Made by a program: the position numbers and the translations under genes. Below the pieces are notes generated by a model. The model ran no database searches and was not told the origin of the DNA. It saw only the letters and a program-made list of their open reading frames with translations. A stretch of 62,249 bases of DNA, counting the filler, from Choristocarpus tenellus KU-1152 (lineage: Eukaryota > Protista > Phaeophyceae): NCBI GenBank assembly GCA_964200185.2. It is 11 parts of 11 records of this genome, joined end to end, with 100 filler letters (N's around TTAATTAATTAA, not from the genome) between each part and the next. Parts side by side here need not be neighbours in the genome. Positions count along the whole stretch, not along the records: positions 1 to 8,647 come from CAXNAD020004487.1; positions 8,748 to 11,527 come from CAXNAD020024818.1; positions 11,628 to 24,102 come from CAXNAD020001821.1; 8 more parts are not named here. The stretch is one strand, 5' to 3'. This document shows positions 1-12,003 of the stretch, one piece after another (the first letter of the stretch is position 1; each line of letters opens with the position of its first letter).

Positions 1-79
1 ATCTGACTCCTCCTGGTCAGGGCCAGAATGGACACCCTGGTGTAGACCCCCCCCCCTCCCCTCCCAGATACTTTGAGCC
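1..79 (-). mobile_element. End of a G-tract TIR (MITE-like) element
   Basis: Reverse complement of the family left end (GGCTCAAAGTATCTGGG..poly-G..GGTCTACACCAGGGTGTCCATT), as seen in the copies at 20434, 41952, 43559 and 47611. Confidence 0.75.
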
Positions 80-229
80 AGAGATACTATTATAAATTAT
101 AAGTACCACCAGGACAAAGGCCTCCTTCTGGATGTTGCTTTTGCAAAGGTTGAAGGAGTCTGTCAATCCCACATTCACAAACTACCAATCAATGGTGAAA
201 CTACTGCTGCTGCTGCAGTTGACATGGAA

Positions 230-540
230 AGCGCACCCACCATGAGGGATTTTTAGACCGTAGTTTTTATATCAACATCTTCGCGGTGGAACGCTTTGGG
301 TGCCTTCATAAGCAAGCTTGGGGTTTCTTGTATGAGCTGATCACCAGTGCAATATGGGGGAGTGAGTCTAGAGGTTAATCCAGAAAGGGGGTTGTCGAGT
401 CTCGTTCGAGACAGAGGATAGTGTTTTTTACTGCTTCTTGTAGCTCCCTTGACAAGCGCCATGGATTTCAAGCTAGAGACACTGGGCAGGTGGGCAAGAA
501 GGGGCCTGACATATTCTTGGGATGTTTCCCTAGCTCCTTG
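230..540 (+). mobile_element. Degenerate 3' fragment of a non-LTR retrotransposon (restriction-like endonuclease, CRE/R2-like)
   Basis: Translates to FAVERFGCLHKQAWGFLYEL...RKGVVESR, resembling the (P)LAVESFGxxG motif. Homologous to the fragment at 36990-37270. Confidence 0.5.
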
Positions 541-1091
541 CCCAACATTTTAGGGGTAAGGTAGGTTAGAACCATACATAGCACTGTAGTGTATACATTC
601 ATTTTTACTGCTTTCGAGAGGAATTTGTTGTTGTGCTTGGTATATTGTTAGTATTGACAGATCCAACAGCTACTCTTCACGAAGAACCCGACGGTGACCA
701 CACCCTAATCTGACTCGTCCTGTGGTAAAATATCATGTTGGAGAGTATGCACATCGTTACGGCTGTATTTCATATTTGAGTATACATCGTCACTATTTCT
801 ATTATTATGCCCTCTGACATTTTCCAGATAGATGTGTAGTATCATTTTTCTCAACTTTCCCAATAGTAAAAAGAAAGAGGCATATCAACCAATAGTTAAT
901 AACCAGGCATTTTGTGGGTATACGAACATGACTTAAAAGGATGGATTGGATACCTTTGCTATTGGAATGCTACTATTTTGTAGGAAGAATACTTTGACAA
1001 CGATAAGAACGCCTTTCCAATTCAGGTTGAAATCTCAAAATAGTCCTCACAACTACAACCATTTTGACACATTTCGGCGAATCGATGAGTC

Positions 1092-3588
1092 ATGCCGTGT
1101 GTCGCGAAAGGACAATGTCAACTTCCCGATAAAACACCTGAACCACCTAATTACACTGGATACCGATGCCGATGTGGTGGCTACTTACACGGTCTCTGTG
1201 GTTGTCAGGATTCAGATTTCGACAATGAGATGAGGAGGCTTTGCCCCAAGTGCATCACCATGAAAGCTGATGGTGAGAAAGGTGGAGAAAACAATGGACA
1301 CCCCGTTACGCCAAAGGCTTCCCCTTTACTTGTAGACGAAGAGTCAGAACGGGCTAGTAAAACTTCATCCAGTGATCGAGAGGGGAGTAATGTGGCTTCA
1401 AGCGAAACTGCTGGAAAACGACAAGCAAAGGAACAGACTAAGCCATGCGGCTCTGACAAGCGCGCGCGGCTTTCGTTGAAGGAAAAGGGCGAAGTGTTAG
1501 CCCTCCTGGACCAGAAAGTTCATCAGCCTAAGGTAGCTGAGAAATTCGGCGTCGGTTTGAGAACCATCGTTCGCATCAAGGCCGAGCGTAAGAAGATCGA
1601 AGAACAGCTGTCTATTGGCAGGGGTGACGAGAAGGCAATGAGGAAATCACAATATGCAAAGGTACACTCTCATCCGTGTGGTTTTTGTTTGAGGACGCTA
1701 GCAACTCGAAACAGTGATCTTCAACTTTGTGGGGGCAAGCCAGCATCAGCTATTGATCACATCAAAGTGTCGTAAACTGAACTAGCGGAGGCTCTTTCTG
1801 GCATGGCTACCAAGTTCATTAATTAGTTTCTGGCCACATATGACGCAATTTTTCTTTCGACCTCAACAGGTGGATTCCGTGGTGCTGAGGTATATGCAGG
1901 AAGCCAAAAAAGCCGCCCTCCCTGTGGCTGGCGACAAGGTTAAGACTGTTGCTAGAAGAGCCAAGGCAGTGCTCCTTGCCAAGAGCAGACCCAAGGCACA
2001 GAGAGACCAAGTGGAAAGTTTCACTGCCTCGGAGAAATGGTTGAAGAACTTTCTTACACGTTATAATACAAAGAACATACTAGCGCACGCAGAGACGGAT
2101 ACCATTGATGATGAAGTTATTTCTGCCAGCTTGCAAGAGGTAAGGGATCTGTGCAAGGAGTACCAGCTGGAGAATATCTATAGCGTTGACAGCGCCATAC
2201 TGTTGTTCAAGGTCATGCCACGCAATACCTACGTGAGTTCAAGGGAAGATAGATGTACCATGAGAGGTATCAAGGGCATGGACGCAGAGGACCAAGTGTC
2301 AGCATACCTTTGTGCGAATGCCACAGGGTCAGATAAGGTTGGTTTGGCACTGATTGGAAAGGCAGTCGAGCCAGGATGTTTGCAGTCCAAACAGTGCCCA
2401 TGCACCTATTTCTGTCGGGAAAAGGCATGGTCTGATCAGGACACCTTGAAGATGTGGTTTGACATCGTCTTTCTGCCACATGTGAGGAGTACTTCTGGAA
2501 AACATGTCCTGCTCCTTGTTGATAGCTGTGCTTGCCAGGGCGATCTGAAGGATCCCAAGGGTAAGGTGACAGTGAAGGAGTTCCCACCACACTGCACAAG
2601 TAAGCAATATCCAATGAGTCAGGGTGTAATTGCTGCATGGAAGGCGAGCTACAGGATGCAACTATTGGATAACCGTGTGTCCACAATGTTATTGGCGCAA
2701 CAGCTGCGGGATAAGCATAAGCTCAAGATTGCTCCAGAGATGAATGGCTTGGCTGAGGGTAATGGTCCACATGTCCTAGATGCAGCTGAACTTGGGTGTA
2801 AAGCGTGGGAGAATATGGCTCCACAGGCTATTGCCAGGTATAGAACTAGTTTTCTTCAAGACCTCAAAGTTGTTGTATCCACTGGAATCCATTGTACCAC
2901 ACAAGTGTCACGCCCTTCACATTTCATCCCACTCCCTACACTTTGGTAACATTGCCCACGTTTCGGATGCTGAAATAGGTGCTGGTTGAAAGCTGGTGTC
3001 CTACACCAATCACAGCAAGCTGAACTCACAGATTTGGTGGGTCAGGTGGAGGCCTTTGGCATGGCTGATACAGAAGAGGTACATGACCTCACGGCACTTC
3101 TCCAAGACTTGAGTGTTGGTGTACTCAAAGCCTGCCGGGGCAAGGGGATAGGAGACTGGGGCTTTGAGGAGGATTTAAAGGAAGCAGTGAATAGTCTTGG
3201 GATAAGAGCTGGTGAACCCCCCACCCATGGAACTGTTTCTAAAGCTCTGGCGTGGCTCCAGCTTGAAGAGCAGGAGGAAGTTGCGACAGCCTTGAAGGAG
3301 GATATCATGGAAGAGCTCCTAGAATACATTGTTGGAACAACGGATAATGGGGGTGGCTTGAAGGGAACGGGAAAACTGGAAGATAGCAAGTTGCAAGCTG
3401 GCAAAGGCACTAAATCAGAGGTCACTTTCCCACCACCTTGCTATGTGGATGTTGCACCACTTCTCTTTGAATTGGAAGAGAAAGCAGCGAAAGGTGGGTT
3501 GGATGATGTTTGCTACTGGCTGCACAAAGCCAAAATGGGCTTCTTGGATGCACATGCTGCTGGAAATCAAGGTTTAGATATTGATTAG
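1092..3588 (+). CDS. pogo/Tigger (CENP-B/DDE_1 type) transposase-derived protein, 3 exons: 1092-1661, 1870-2837, 2979-3588 (715 aa)
   Basis: GT-AG introns with matching phases (AAG|gtacac..caacag|GTG; AG|gtatag..aatag|G) give an uninterrupted ORF. Domains in order: Cys/His finger (CRCGGYLHGLCG..CPKC), psq-like HTH (RARLSLKEKGEVL..VAEKFGVGLRTI), CENP-B HTH (FTASEKWLKNFLTRY), DDE_1 motifs IYSVD, ANATGSDK, LLLVD, YPMSQGVI and IARCWLKAG. Confidence 0.85.
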
Positions 3589-4789
3589 ACACTGTGGTGT
3601 TTTTATGCACAATGTCATGTTATTATTACAAGCCGTCAATGTTTGTGTATTTTGTATATTGTTAGGAAAAGAACCCATTGATAATCACAAGCTGCGACAG
3701 ACTTTTGTTGACATCCATCTATCCTTTACAGCACGTTTAGTGCTTCATTAGGGGCAAAAAACATCACCGAGACCTGCCATTCACTAAAACCCGTTCATCG
3801 CTTTCCCTTCTTTTCTGGGTTCAGTAAAAAAATGCAATGTGAAATGAGGTTGTTGTGGTTACTATACTTATGGGTGAGTTGTGTGCTTCATCCATCCCCT
3901 TAATTCCTATTTTCCTGTATGCTTTGCCCTCTAACCCTGTACTTCTCTAAGTGTCAACCTTCTTCCAAGGGGAAAGTCACTATTGGCCTCAGTTTGATAC
4001 CCGCAAAAGTTCTGCCTTACAACAAATTGAGATTTTTGGTTGGTGATACAAAATAGATTGGGCTACACAGTGGACTGCGTTGCACCAATGGCGGCAAGAC
4101 TTGATAGTAAAGTGGGTGTTTGAACTCTTGCTGGGCTACTCTATTGATTGTCACAGGTCAGCGGTGGTAATACTTGGGTCTTGGTTACATATTATAAGTT
4201 ACTTAGAGCACTTCAGAGCAAATGCTTTCCATTGTATATTATCATTTTACTAGATGTTACAACAGTTTTTGTGCAAAACATTTGTCTACTGTGGGAAACT
4301 GTTGTTGCTAGTATCCTGTTGGTGCTTCCTTGATTTTTTGTCAAAATTTCTATTGAAAAAGCACTTTACAATAGCTGTAACAGAGGTTGCGAGGAGACTG
4401 ACCTCATCATTGGCGAATTCGCTAAGCAGAACATAGATAAAATGAGCCAAACTGATCTATATAGTTTTGAACAATTTTTGTATTTAGCAGATAGCGATAT
4501 ATTTGACTGGTACACCAAAAAGAAAGCACATTTCCATTCGCTAAGGCCAGTTGGTCTTCTCTGTGTAGAGTTTCTAAACTCCTTTCTTGCGTTGTGGCTT
4601 GAGTTGAGGCCGCATCTGTCTCTTGATTGGTTTGAATATTGAATCTTCACTTGATTGATTATGATCCTCTTAAGAGGAGCCCCCAGCTCAATATGCACTG
4701 TGCATGCTGACAGTAGTCTCGTACAGATACTATGGAGAAAGTCGTGCTAGGAAACGTGTGTGTGTTTTCCAAGTGTACCAAGAAACCCC

Positions 4790-7700
4790 TTACATATTTC
4801 CACTGGTTGCATAAAAGGGGTTTAATTGAACTACACAAAGTGAAAATAGACGTCACGGATGGGCCTCTGAGCAAATCTCCAAGAGAGTGGAAAGGAAGGG
4901 TAAAGATATCTAGTTTGAACCTGTTTAAAGATTAGAAATGCCCATGTTAGGAAATCTGAACCAAAAAGGTCTACAGACCGTATTTTTGCATCTCTAGGGA
5001 TCATGGAGCAACTGTTAAGATGGTTAAACCCAACACAGCAATAGTGACAGGTCCGACAAAAGAACGATGCCAACATCCGCGAGCCACTTGGATTTTGCAG
5101 CGTCTGTCCACGTTCTCGAAGTTGAAGTCTAGTTAGTATGCTGGAGTTGGACTCTCACGATGTGCTCTCAGCATTTGAGTTGGCTGCAAGCAGAATGCCG
5201 TCTGTTGTTCCAAGAAGTCGTGTCAATGCCAGCGTTCGTTTAAAGCAAGCAACCTTCGCCCCGTAGCTGTCTAACACCACAGCCTCTCCTTGTGTAGTCT
5301 GCTGATCGTTGCCTCCTATCATGGTTATGAACGGTTTGTCTGGAAGGTTCCCTTGGCCATCTGGATCCGGCAATGTCTCATGCTGAGTGTGACTGCCTGA
5401 ATCAGTATTTCGGTATTGTTGGTCGTAGCATCTGCTGCTCCTAAGCGGATTCGGTTCTTCTGCTAACCAAAACGTTTCTGAACCTGGAGGAAGTCCCACA
5501 ACAGCAAGCTTCGGGCAAAGTCCCCATGTTACTCCGGTCTCAATACTTGTGTGGCTTTTCTCAGGCATTTCAGCTTCAACTTTGCCTGGTGACTGCAGCT
5601 TAGAAGTCAGCAGGAATGTAGCCCTGGCCTTGGCCTTGGCCAGGCGATTAATGGCAGGAGTGGACTGCCAACCAGCATTGTGGAGGCATGTCATCACCAC
5701 CTCATCCAGAGCTGTACAATTCAAAAAGTTGCAAGGGGTTGTTTGTGGCTAGTGCTAGTTTCTACCAAAACAGAGGTCTGCAATTAATTCTCATTCAGAG
5801 TGCTTCATGACAAGTAAGTTTGACTTTCCCATAAGTGTGTATTGTTCTTTTCAAGTGAGGAACCAGTGGAAGGCCGATCAATGTAGGGTAAAAGCCTGAA
5901 GGAACAAGGGAGTATCCTACACCTAGCTCACAGTGGTATTGGCTTTGAAGAGACATTGATATCCTCAGGTTAGGGCATTGCAATTGCTGCTGCCTATATG
6001 AGTACAGGCATGCAATCAGATGCTAGACTATATGTAATTGTTCTCCATCCAAAACTGGGAAAGTAGAGAATGTGTCTTTGATATGCATGGCTTCTTAAAT
6101 CACTCCATAATTGAAATAAAGTATCAATTAGATCTAACAGCAACAAATTTGTTAGATGTTCTCCTGTGAAGTAGATCCTGCAGGGTTTCATATTGAACTC
6201 TAAGCCCACTAACCTGATGCCACTGCCCGTAAAGTAAGGACATCAAACAGCTGAGATTCATCTGGAATGTGGCCGTGGGTCTCCATTATCTCTAGTCTGC
6301 CAGAATAAAGATTGCAGTTGTGATACATACTGGGGTGAGAAAGTTGAAGATAACAGGCTGTTTAGGTTATGGGCATGTTGGCGTGAAGCAACTTCCATCA
6401 AGTGCAAAAACCAACAACTCCACAAACAAAGCATGGTTTTCACATCTTCCACCCATACAAACTCGCACTGCTCCATAATCAATCGCCAAATCTGTTATGT
6501 GGTACCCTTCGCCCCACCAGGCTAAGCGCTTGGTTATTTAGGCATAAGAAGGAAAGTGCAGCCAATAATAATCCTTGGGAAATTGAGCCAAAGCAATTGG
6601 CAATTGAGAGGTAGGCAGGTTTGGAACCTTTTGCATTCCAAGTAATCTTTCTTACCCTGTGCAATACACTCTAATTCGTGGCTTTATGTGCACAATAGTG
6701 TACACAAAATTGATATCCTCCCTTTCCACACACATAGTGTCACCACAATGAAGCAAAGTCTCTTTCTACTATTGTACAAAATGGCGTATTTTTTCCCTTC
6801 TTGTGATCCTTAAAATGTAACTCTGTCTGCCTCTCAATTAGTTCAGCTCATTGTTCAAGGTAACTTTCATCTTCCTTGAAAGGTGTAATTGGAGGCATAC
6901 AGACTGTGGATAATCTGTGGCGTCTTGGAGTTAGTTCTTGGAATGTGTACTGTATTCTTCAACTTATCTTTGAGGACTCTGTATGATGTACTCCAGCTAT
7001 GATCAGTTGATCATCCATGCTATATTAGTTTCAGACATTTTGAACCCTCAAACTCTTCTTGTGATTATTGTATCCTTTTTAGTTCAAAAACCTAATCATC
7101 TCGAATAATTACACCGAAAACTCCTGGCATTATACTTTCAACAGTCTGGAGGCAATAAAAGGACTAGGTTTGATCACATTTTCCTCCACCTACCATTGAC
7201 TGTCACTGGAAACCATGATCCTCTGGGTTTCATGTAGGTGTACTACGAACATATAAGTGAGGGAAGATGCGGACACTACTTAACCAAGTTCCTTCTAAAG
7301 GTTTGGTAGGTTGTCAAGCGCAACAGTGAAATACTTCCAGTGGTATACACTAATCCATATCGGTTTGCTGGAGTTCATCACTCAGTTGTGAAGGGGTATT
7401 TTTTTTGTCTCGCACTGACGAAGTACTTAACATGCTGGAGTACTTCGAACTGCTCCAGAGCGATAAGAGAGGGATAGCTCCAGACTAGTGTATCAAATTT
7501 CTTTTGTGAGTAATTTCATTGTGAGATACACATGTACCCACTGATTCCAAACTGAGAGCGAGGGCTGAGAATAGGTCTACACACATTGTTCTGACTTCAG
7601 AGTGAAGATAATCATTTGTCCTTTTCCTTTCCCCTTCTCCTGGATACCTTATCCCAGGATTTCTGGATCCAATGCCTCTTGTACCTTGTTGTGATACATT

Positions 7701-8060
7701 GTATGCAACTCCTGCGGAAGAAATCCTCCTATAAATGTGGTAAGTAGAAACATCTATCGTTTTCCTTACGCCAAGTCATCAGTAAAGTGATGCCAAGATT
7801 GAAACTCTAGGAGGTATTGTGAGGATGAATGTATCCTATTGACTCGTTCGTACAAATAATGTTGCTCTTCATGCATATCTTCCATACCCCCTCAACCTTG
7901 GCACAACTCAGCAGAACTAACAATTTTCCAAGACAATGCAACGCAAATATTGTTCACTTTGGTGCAATCTGCTGATGTTCATCAATGATGCCAAGGAATT
8001 TCCCATCTTGAGAACCAAAGTAGCACAACAGCTGCAACTGATCAGTTAGTCAGGACACTT
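4790..8060 (-). CDS. Probable multi-exon gene of unknown function (exon structure unresolved)
   Basis: Several open segments, some bounded by AG/GT: ~4793-4921 (FKLDIFTLPFHSLGDLLRGP..NQWKY|gtaagg), the 5155-5724 ORF, ~6005-6177 and ~6506-6615. No recognisable domain. Confidence 0.3.
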
Positions 8061-8647
8061 GGTTCAGGGTTGTCTTTGCCTAGCTACACATCCTCATATA
8101 CTAAGTCCTCCACTCCTGATGCTTTCACGAAGTACCACCCTGGTAGTCATCCCACGATTCGCCCTCACCCTCCAATTTCGTCACAAGTGTCCTCGGCAAA
8201 ATATCAAAATGCCTTTGTTCGGTGACATAAACGACACAATCTATGACTGGTCGACTTAGACCCAGTACCCCCCCTCCGTCGACGAAGACCTTCACATGAA
8301 TTACGGCCTGCATTCACCCTACACTTGATCTAGTGTGTCAATTTTTCTTCCTGTGTGCCACTAATATGCAACGTTTCACAGGGAGGGACAAAAACTACTG
8401 CTCATCGCTTAATCAATACTGCATTCCAATCTGTCTATCCCTAACCACCATCTTATTTTCGTCCTAAGTCCTCTCTAGTTGTATAGCCTCTATGGAGTAT
8501 CACCTAACTACTGCCATTGTTTCCTGTAATATTAAATTTCACCACACAGATACCAAGGGCCAATAACAATATCGGTATCAGCCACACCACACAATCTACC
8601 AGTTGGTCATGTATACCCAATACACCCCCGTGGTTATGTCTTCCATG

Positions 8648-8747
8648 NNNNNNNNNNNNNNNNNNNNNNNNNNNNNNNNNNNNNNNNNNNNTTAATTAAT
8701 TAANNNNNNNNNNNNNNNNNNNNNNNNNNNNNNNNNNNNNNNNNNNN
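8648..8747. other. Artificial contig linker N44-TTAATTAATTAA-N44 (also at 11528, 24103, 30375, 35652, 39099, 41830, 45719, 49324 and 55136)
   Basis: Identical 100-nt spacer with six-frame stops, present 10 times. Confidence 0.97.
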
Positions 8748-8934
8748 CCCCCCCCTTCTCCCTCTTTAACCCCCCCCCAACACCAAAATCCCCCCAAAAA
8801 AAAACAACCCCACAAACAGCCCCCACCCCCCCCCCCCCCCCCCCCCCAGATACTTCGAGCCATTGCAGTTTGAAAGTAGGTGGTGCTGCTGTAGAAGCAC
8901 CCCCTGTGCCCACAGGAATGTACTTTGGCTATCC

Positions 8935-10162
8935 CCACCGTCGGAAATGGAGAGGAGAAGAGGGCCTGCGGAAACAGGCCACTGATGATGAGCGTATATG
9001 AGGCAATAGCTTTCCCACCTCAACACAAAGAGCCGGTGAAACTGCAATTGCAGAAACGCTGTTCCCGAGATAAAAAAAATAATGTTGACAGCAAAAAATA
9101 ATTAAAAAAAAGAATAAAACCCCCCGATAAATAATAACAATAGATTATACAGGGTTCAGGGGTTAAGGGACACTGGAAGAAGAGGAACGCTTTATCCAAC
9201 AGAACGACCTGCTTGCTTGTTACGTTGAGAGTCAAGCTGATGCTTTGTCCCTCAATATTCTGATTGTTACTGTGATTGTTATCTTTGGTGTTGTCATAGG
9301 CGTGTATGCATCACTTCAAGACAAGGCAATGGAGGGGAGTTGATAATACCAATGGAGGGGAGTTGATATACCTTCGAACTGCGAGGGAGTGCTTTCGTAT
9401 ACCCAGGAGGGGCAAGAGACGGGGCAGAAGAACGAGGAGATAGTTCCTGACTGGAGTCTCTTCCTCCCAGGATGACGCTCTTCAACTGGTTAACTCTCAT
9501 CTTCCACCTCACTGCCTTCAGAACACACAGATCCCCATCAGTATCATCGTTATTTCCCCTACAACCGGAATCGCCAATTCTATTTCGAACATTGGGCAAC
9601 GTGCCAGTGTGGCTGGACCAACGTTTGAATCTGAGATTCAAACTTTGTCTCAACTTCTTCTTGAAAAAAAAAAAAATTAAGTTGTTTCGAGGAGGGACTT
9701 TCAGGGAGTTTGGGTTGGACCTTACCTTACCTCAACCCCCAAACGGTAGAACATTTGCATTGAATAATATTTTTTTTGGTGCCACACAGAGTATGCAGAA
9801 ATAAAATAAAAGTGAGAAAGGCACCGATAGAGCCAGTTTGAGGATGGTCAGTCTCACGTATTTCTTAGGGTTAGGGTTAGGGTTAGGGTTAGGGTTAGGT
9901 GTACAGAAGAAAATAAAAGGCGATAGGCGAAGTTCGTTCTCAAGAGTAGCAGCAATGAACAGCACTTAGAACACAGCCCACTTCAGAAGGCAAAAGCACT
10001 GTGGAGGGCTGGTGTGTTTTTTTTTCCTCCTTCTTGTGATTTTGGAAAGTAGAATTACCTATGCCATCACTCTGTCAACCCACATCTGATTTCCTCTGTC
10101 CTCTTGAGTTTTTCCTTTTCCCTCTCTACCAAGCTCTTCAGCTCCGACACGTTGTGAACCTG

Positions 10163-10202
<40 letters not shown>

Positions 10203-11095
10203 CATGCATTAAAGTGTTGGTAATAATAGGGAAAAAAAGGAAAGATATCATTGCTCCTTCCACTACAGAGCAAATATGTCAAAAGTCTTCCTGCCCAGTA
10301 TGGATGACCTTGTTGTGGAGTTGGATAGGGTGCGACTGAGATCTTTCCACTAGTAATGCCTCAATAGATATATGGAACTCCATGAACATTGAACATCAAT
10401 AGAAAGCCGTTTCTCAACAATCAACGGTCAGGTCTTGAACCAACGCATATGTGGGTAAGGTGTGGACAGTCCAGGCACAGGCCTGAGAGCACGGTGGGTG
10501 TGAGTCAAAGCAAGCAAGAGGTACCCAGGGTTGCGCATTATTCTTTCTTCTACTTTTTGGATGCTGACAAATGTACGTGCGCAAAATTCTTCTACTTTTT
10601 CAAACGATCATAGGATGTTTTCCGAATTGTGTCAACTTTTTTTCAAACAGCGGAGAAACCAATGCCTCTCTGAAGAATCAAACCTAAGCCCCCCATCGAC
10701 ATAAATAGGGATGAATTTGCAAAAGTTAATGTACAGGCTTAAAATGCAAAGCGACCAAAACCTGGGTACCTCTCCTCTTCTTCGGCTATAGGGTCTCACG
10801 AGAACGCACGTTTCTCAAATATTTTTCTACCCTCGCAGCAAGCCAATACCTCCAATTTGGTATCACGCTTATTCTGTATGCCTGCCATAAACAAGGACGA
10901 CACTGTTAGCTCCTGTGGTTCCCTTGCTACTGGTGCTTAGGGGATGGGACCTTGGAGTTGTTTCTCCATATATCAATTAGCCCAGGCCATAGCAGCACAC
11001 AATGGACTAGCGCGTGAAGATATTTTGGACTGAGATCTGAATTGCCCTGATCTGATGTATGCTGGTCTGATATCTCCAAACAATCCCTGTAGAAA
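8935..11095 (-). CDS. Possible internal exons of an unidentified gene
   Basis: AG/GT-bounded open segments such as ~10951-11086 (DCLEISDQ..LHALVHCVLLWPGLIDIWRNNSK) and ~9372-9629 (FKRWSSHTG..LKAVRWKMRVNQLKSVILGG). No domain recognised. Confidence 0.3.
9865..9900 (+). repeat. Interstitial telomere-type repeat (TTAGGG)5-6
   Basis: Five perfect TTAGGG units plus TTAGGT. A shorter (CCCTAA)3 tract lies near 41122-41141. Confidence 0.9.
10167..10201. repeat. (GT)n microsatellite
   Basis: Read directly from the sequence. Confidence 0.95.
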
Positions 11096-11702
11096 TTCCA
11101 TGGGTTCAGCTGTCCTAATCCTAACAGAGATAAGACTAATCCGAATCCTAACAGAGATAAGAATTGACTAGGGCAATCCTATACTCCGCCTTCATTAGGA
11201 CTTGCAAGGTATCTGACAAGATCACAACCTCCGACACAGTTCTTATCTCTATTCAGTTTGCTTTTTCTAGGGCAAGGGCACCACTTCTGACTTTTGGGCG
11301 TACCATCCATACCTGGCGTCCCTTCTCCCCCACTACCAACTCCCAAAACCTTACCCCATGAACTGAAGAAAAAGGGGCACACATTACAATCAAAAGGCAG
11401 GAGGGAGCTGCAAAATTATATTTTTCTTTCTCTTCAAAGCGATCCAAAGTATCTGGGGGGGGGGGGGGGGGGTGCTCACCCCGGGGGGGTTTCTTTTGTG
11501 TAAAGAAAGGGAAAGTGCGATTTTTTTNNNNNNNNNNNNNNNNNNNNNNNNNNNNNNNNNNNNNNNNNNNNTTAATTAATTAANNNNNNNNNNNNNNNNN
11601 NNNNNNNNNNNNNNNNNNNNNNNNNNNCAGACACAACCTAAGACCGAACCCAAGCCGTCATCCGCATATCCAGGCGGGGAGGCCCGGCGGCCCGCGGGGG
11701 GG

Positions 11703-11750
<48 letters not shown>

Positions 11751-12003
11751 GTACGCCTTATCAAGTAACAGGCAAGAGCCGGTGCACGAAAATGAACCGC
11801 ATACTATACCCACAAAAAAATACCAAAAAACGCCTCCAAGGAAATGAGCCTACTCAATATTTTCCGGGTAAATTACGTTAAGGTCCCTAGAATGCCAATA
11901 TGGTACAAGAAGACCGTGACCTCTACATGGTCTGGTGTGGAAGGTGCATCCATCGTTGCAATCTCTCATATGTGCATCCGTTAATGAGTGCTGCGATGAT
12001 CAC

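Noticed and set aside
8692-8703. Recurrent palindrome TTAATTAATTAA as a biological motif
   Set aside because: Always centred in a fixed N spacer, so it is an artificial concatenation linker. ORFs running into it are artefacts.
11690-11750. Poly-Pro or poly-Gly ORFs (also 41952 and 47582-47927)
   Set aside because: These are translations of G-runs at contig ends, whose lengths may be inflated by sequencing error.
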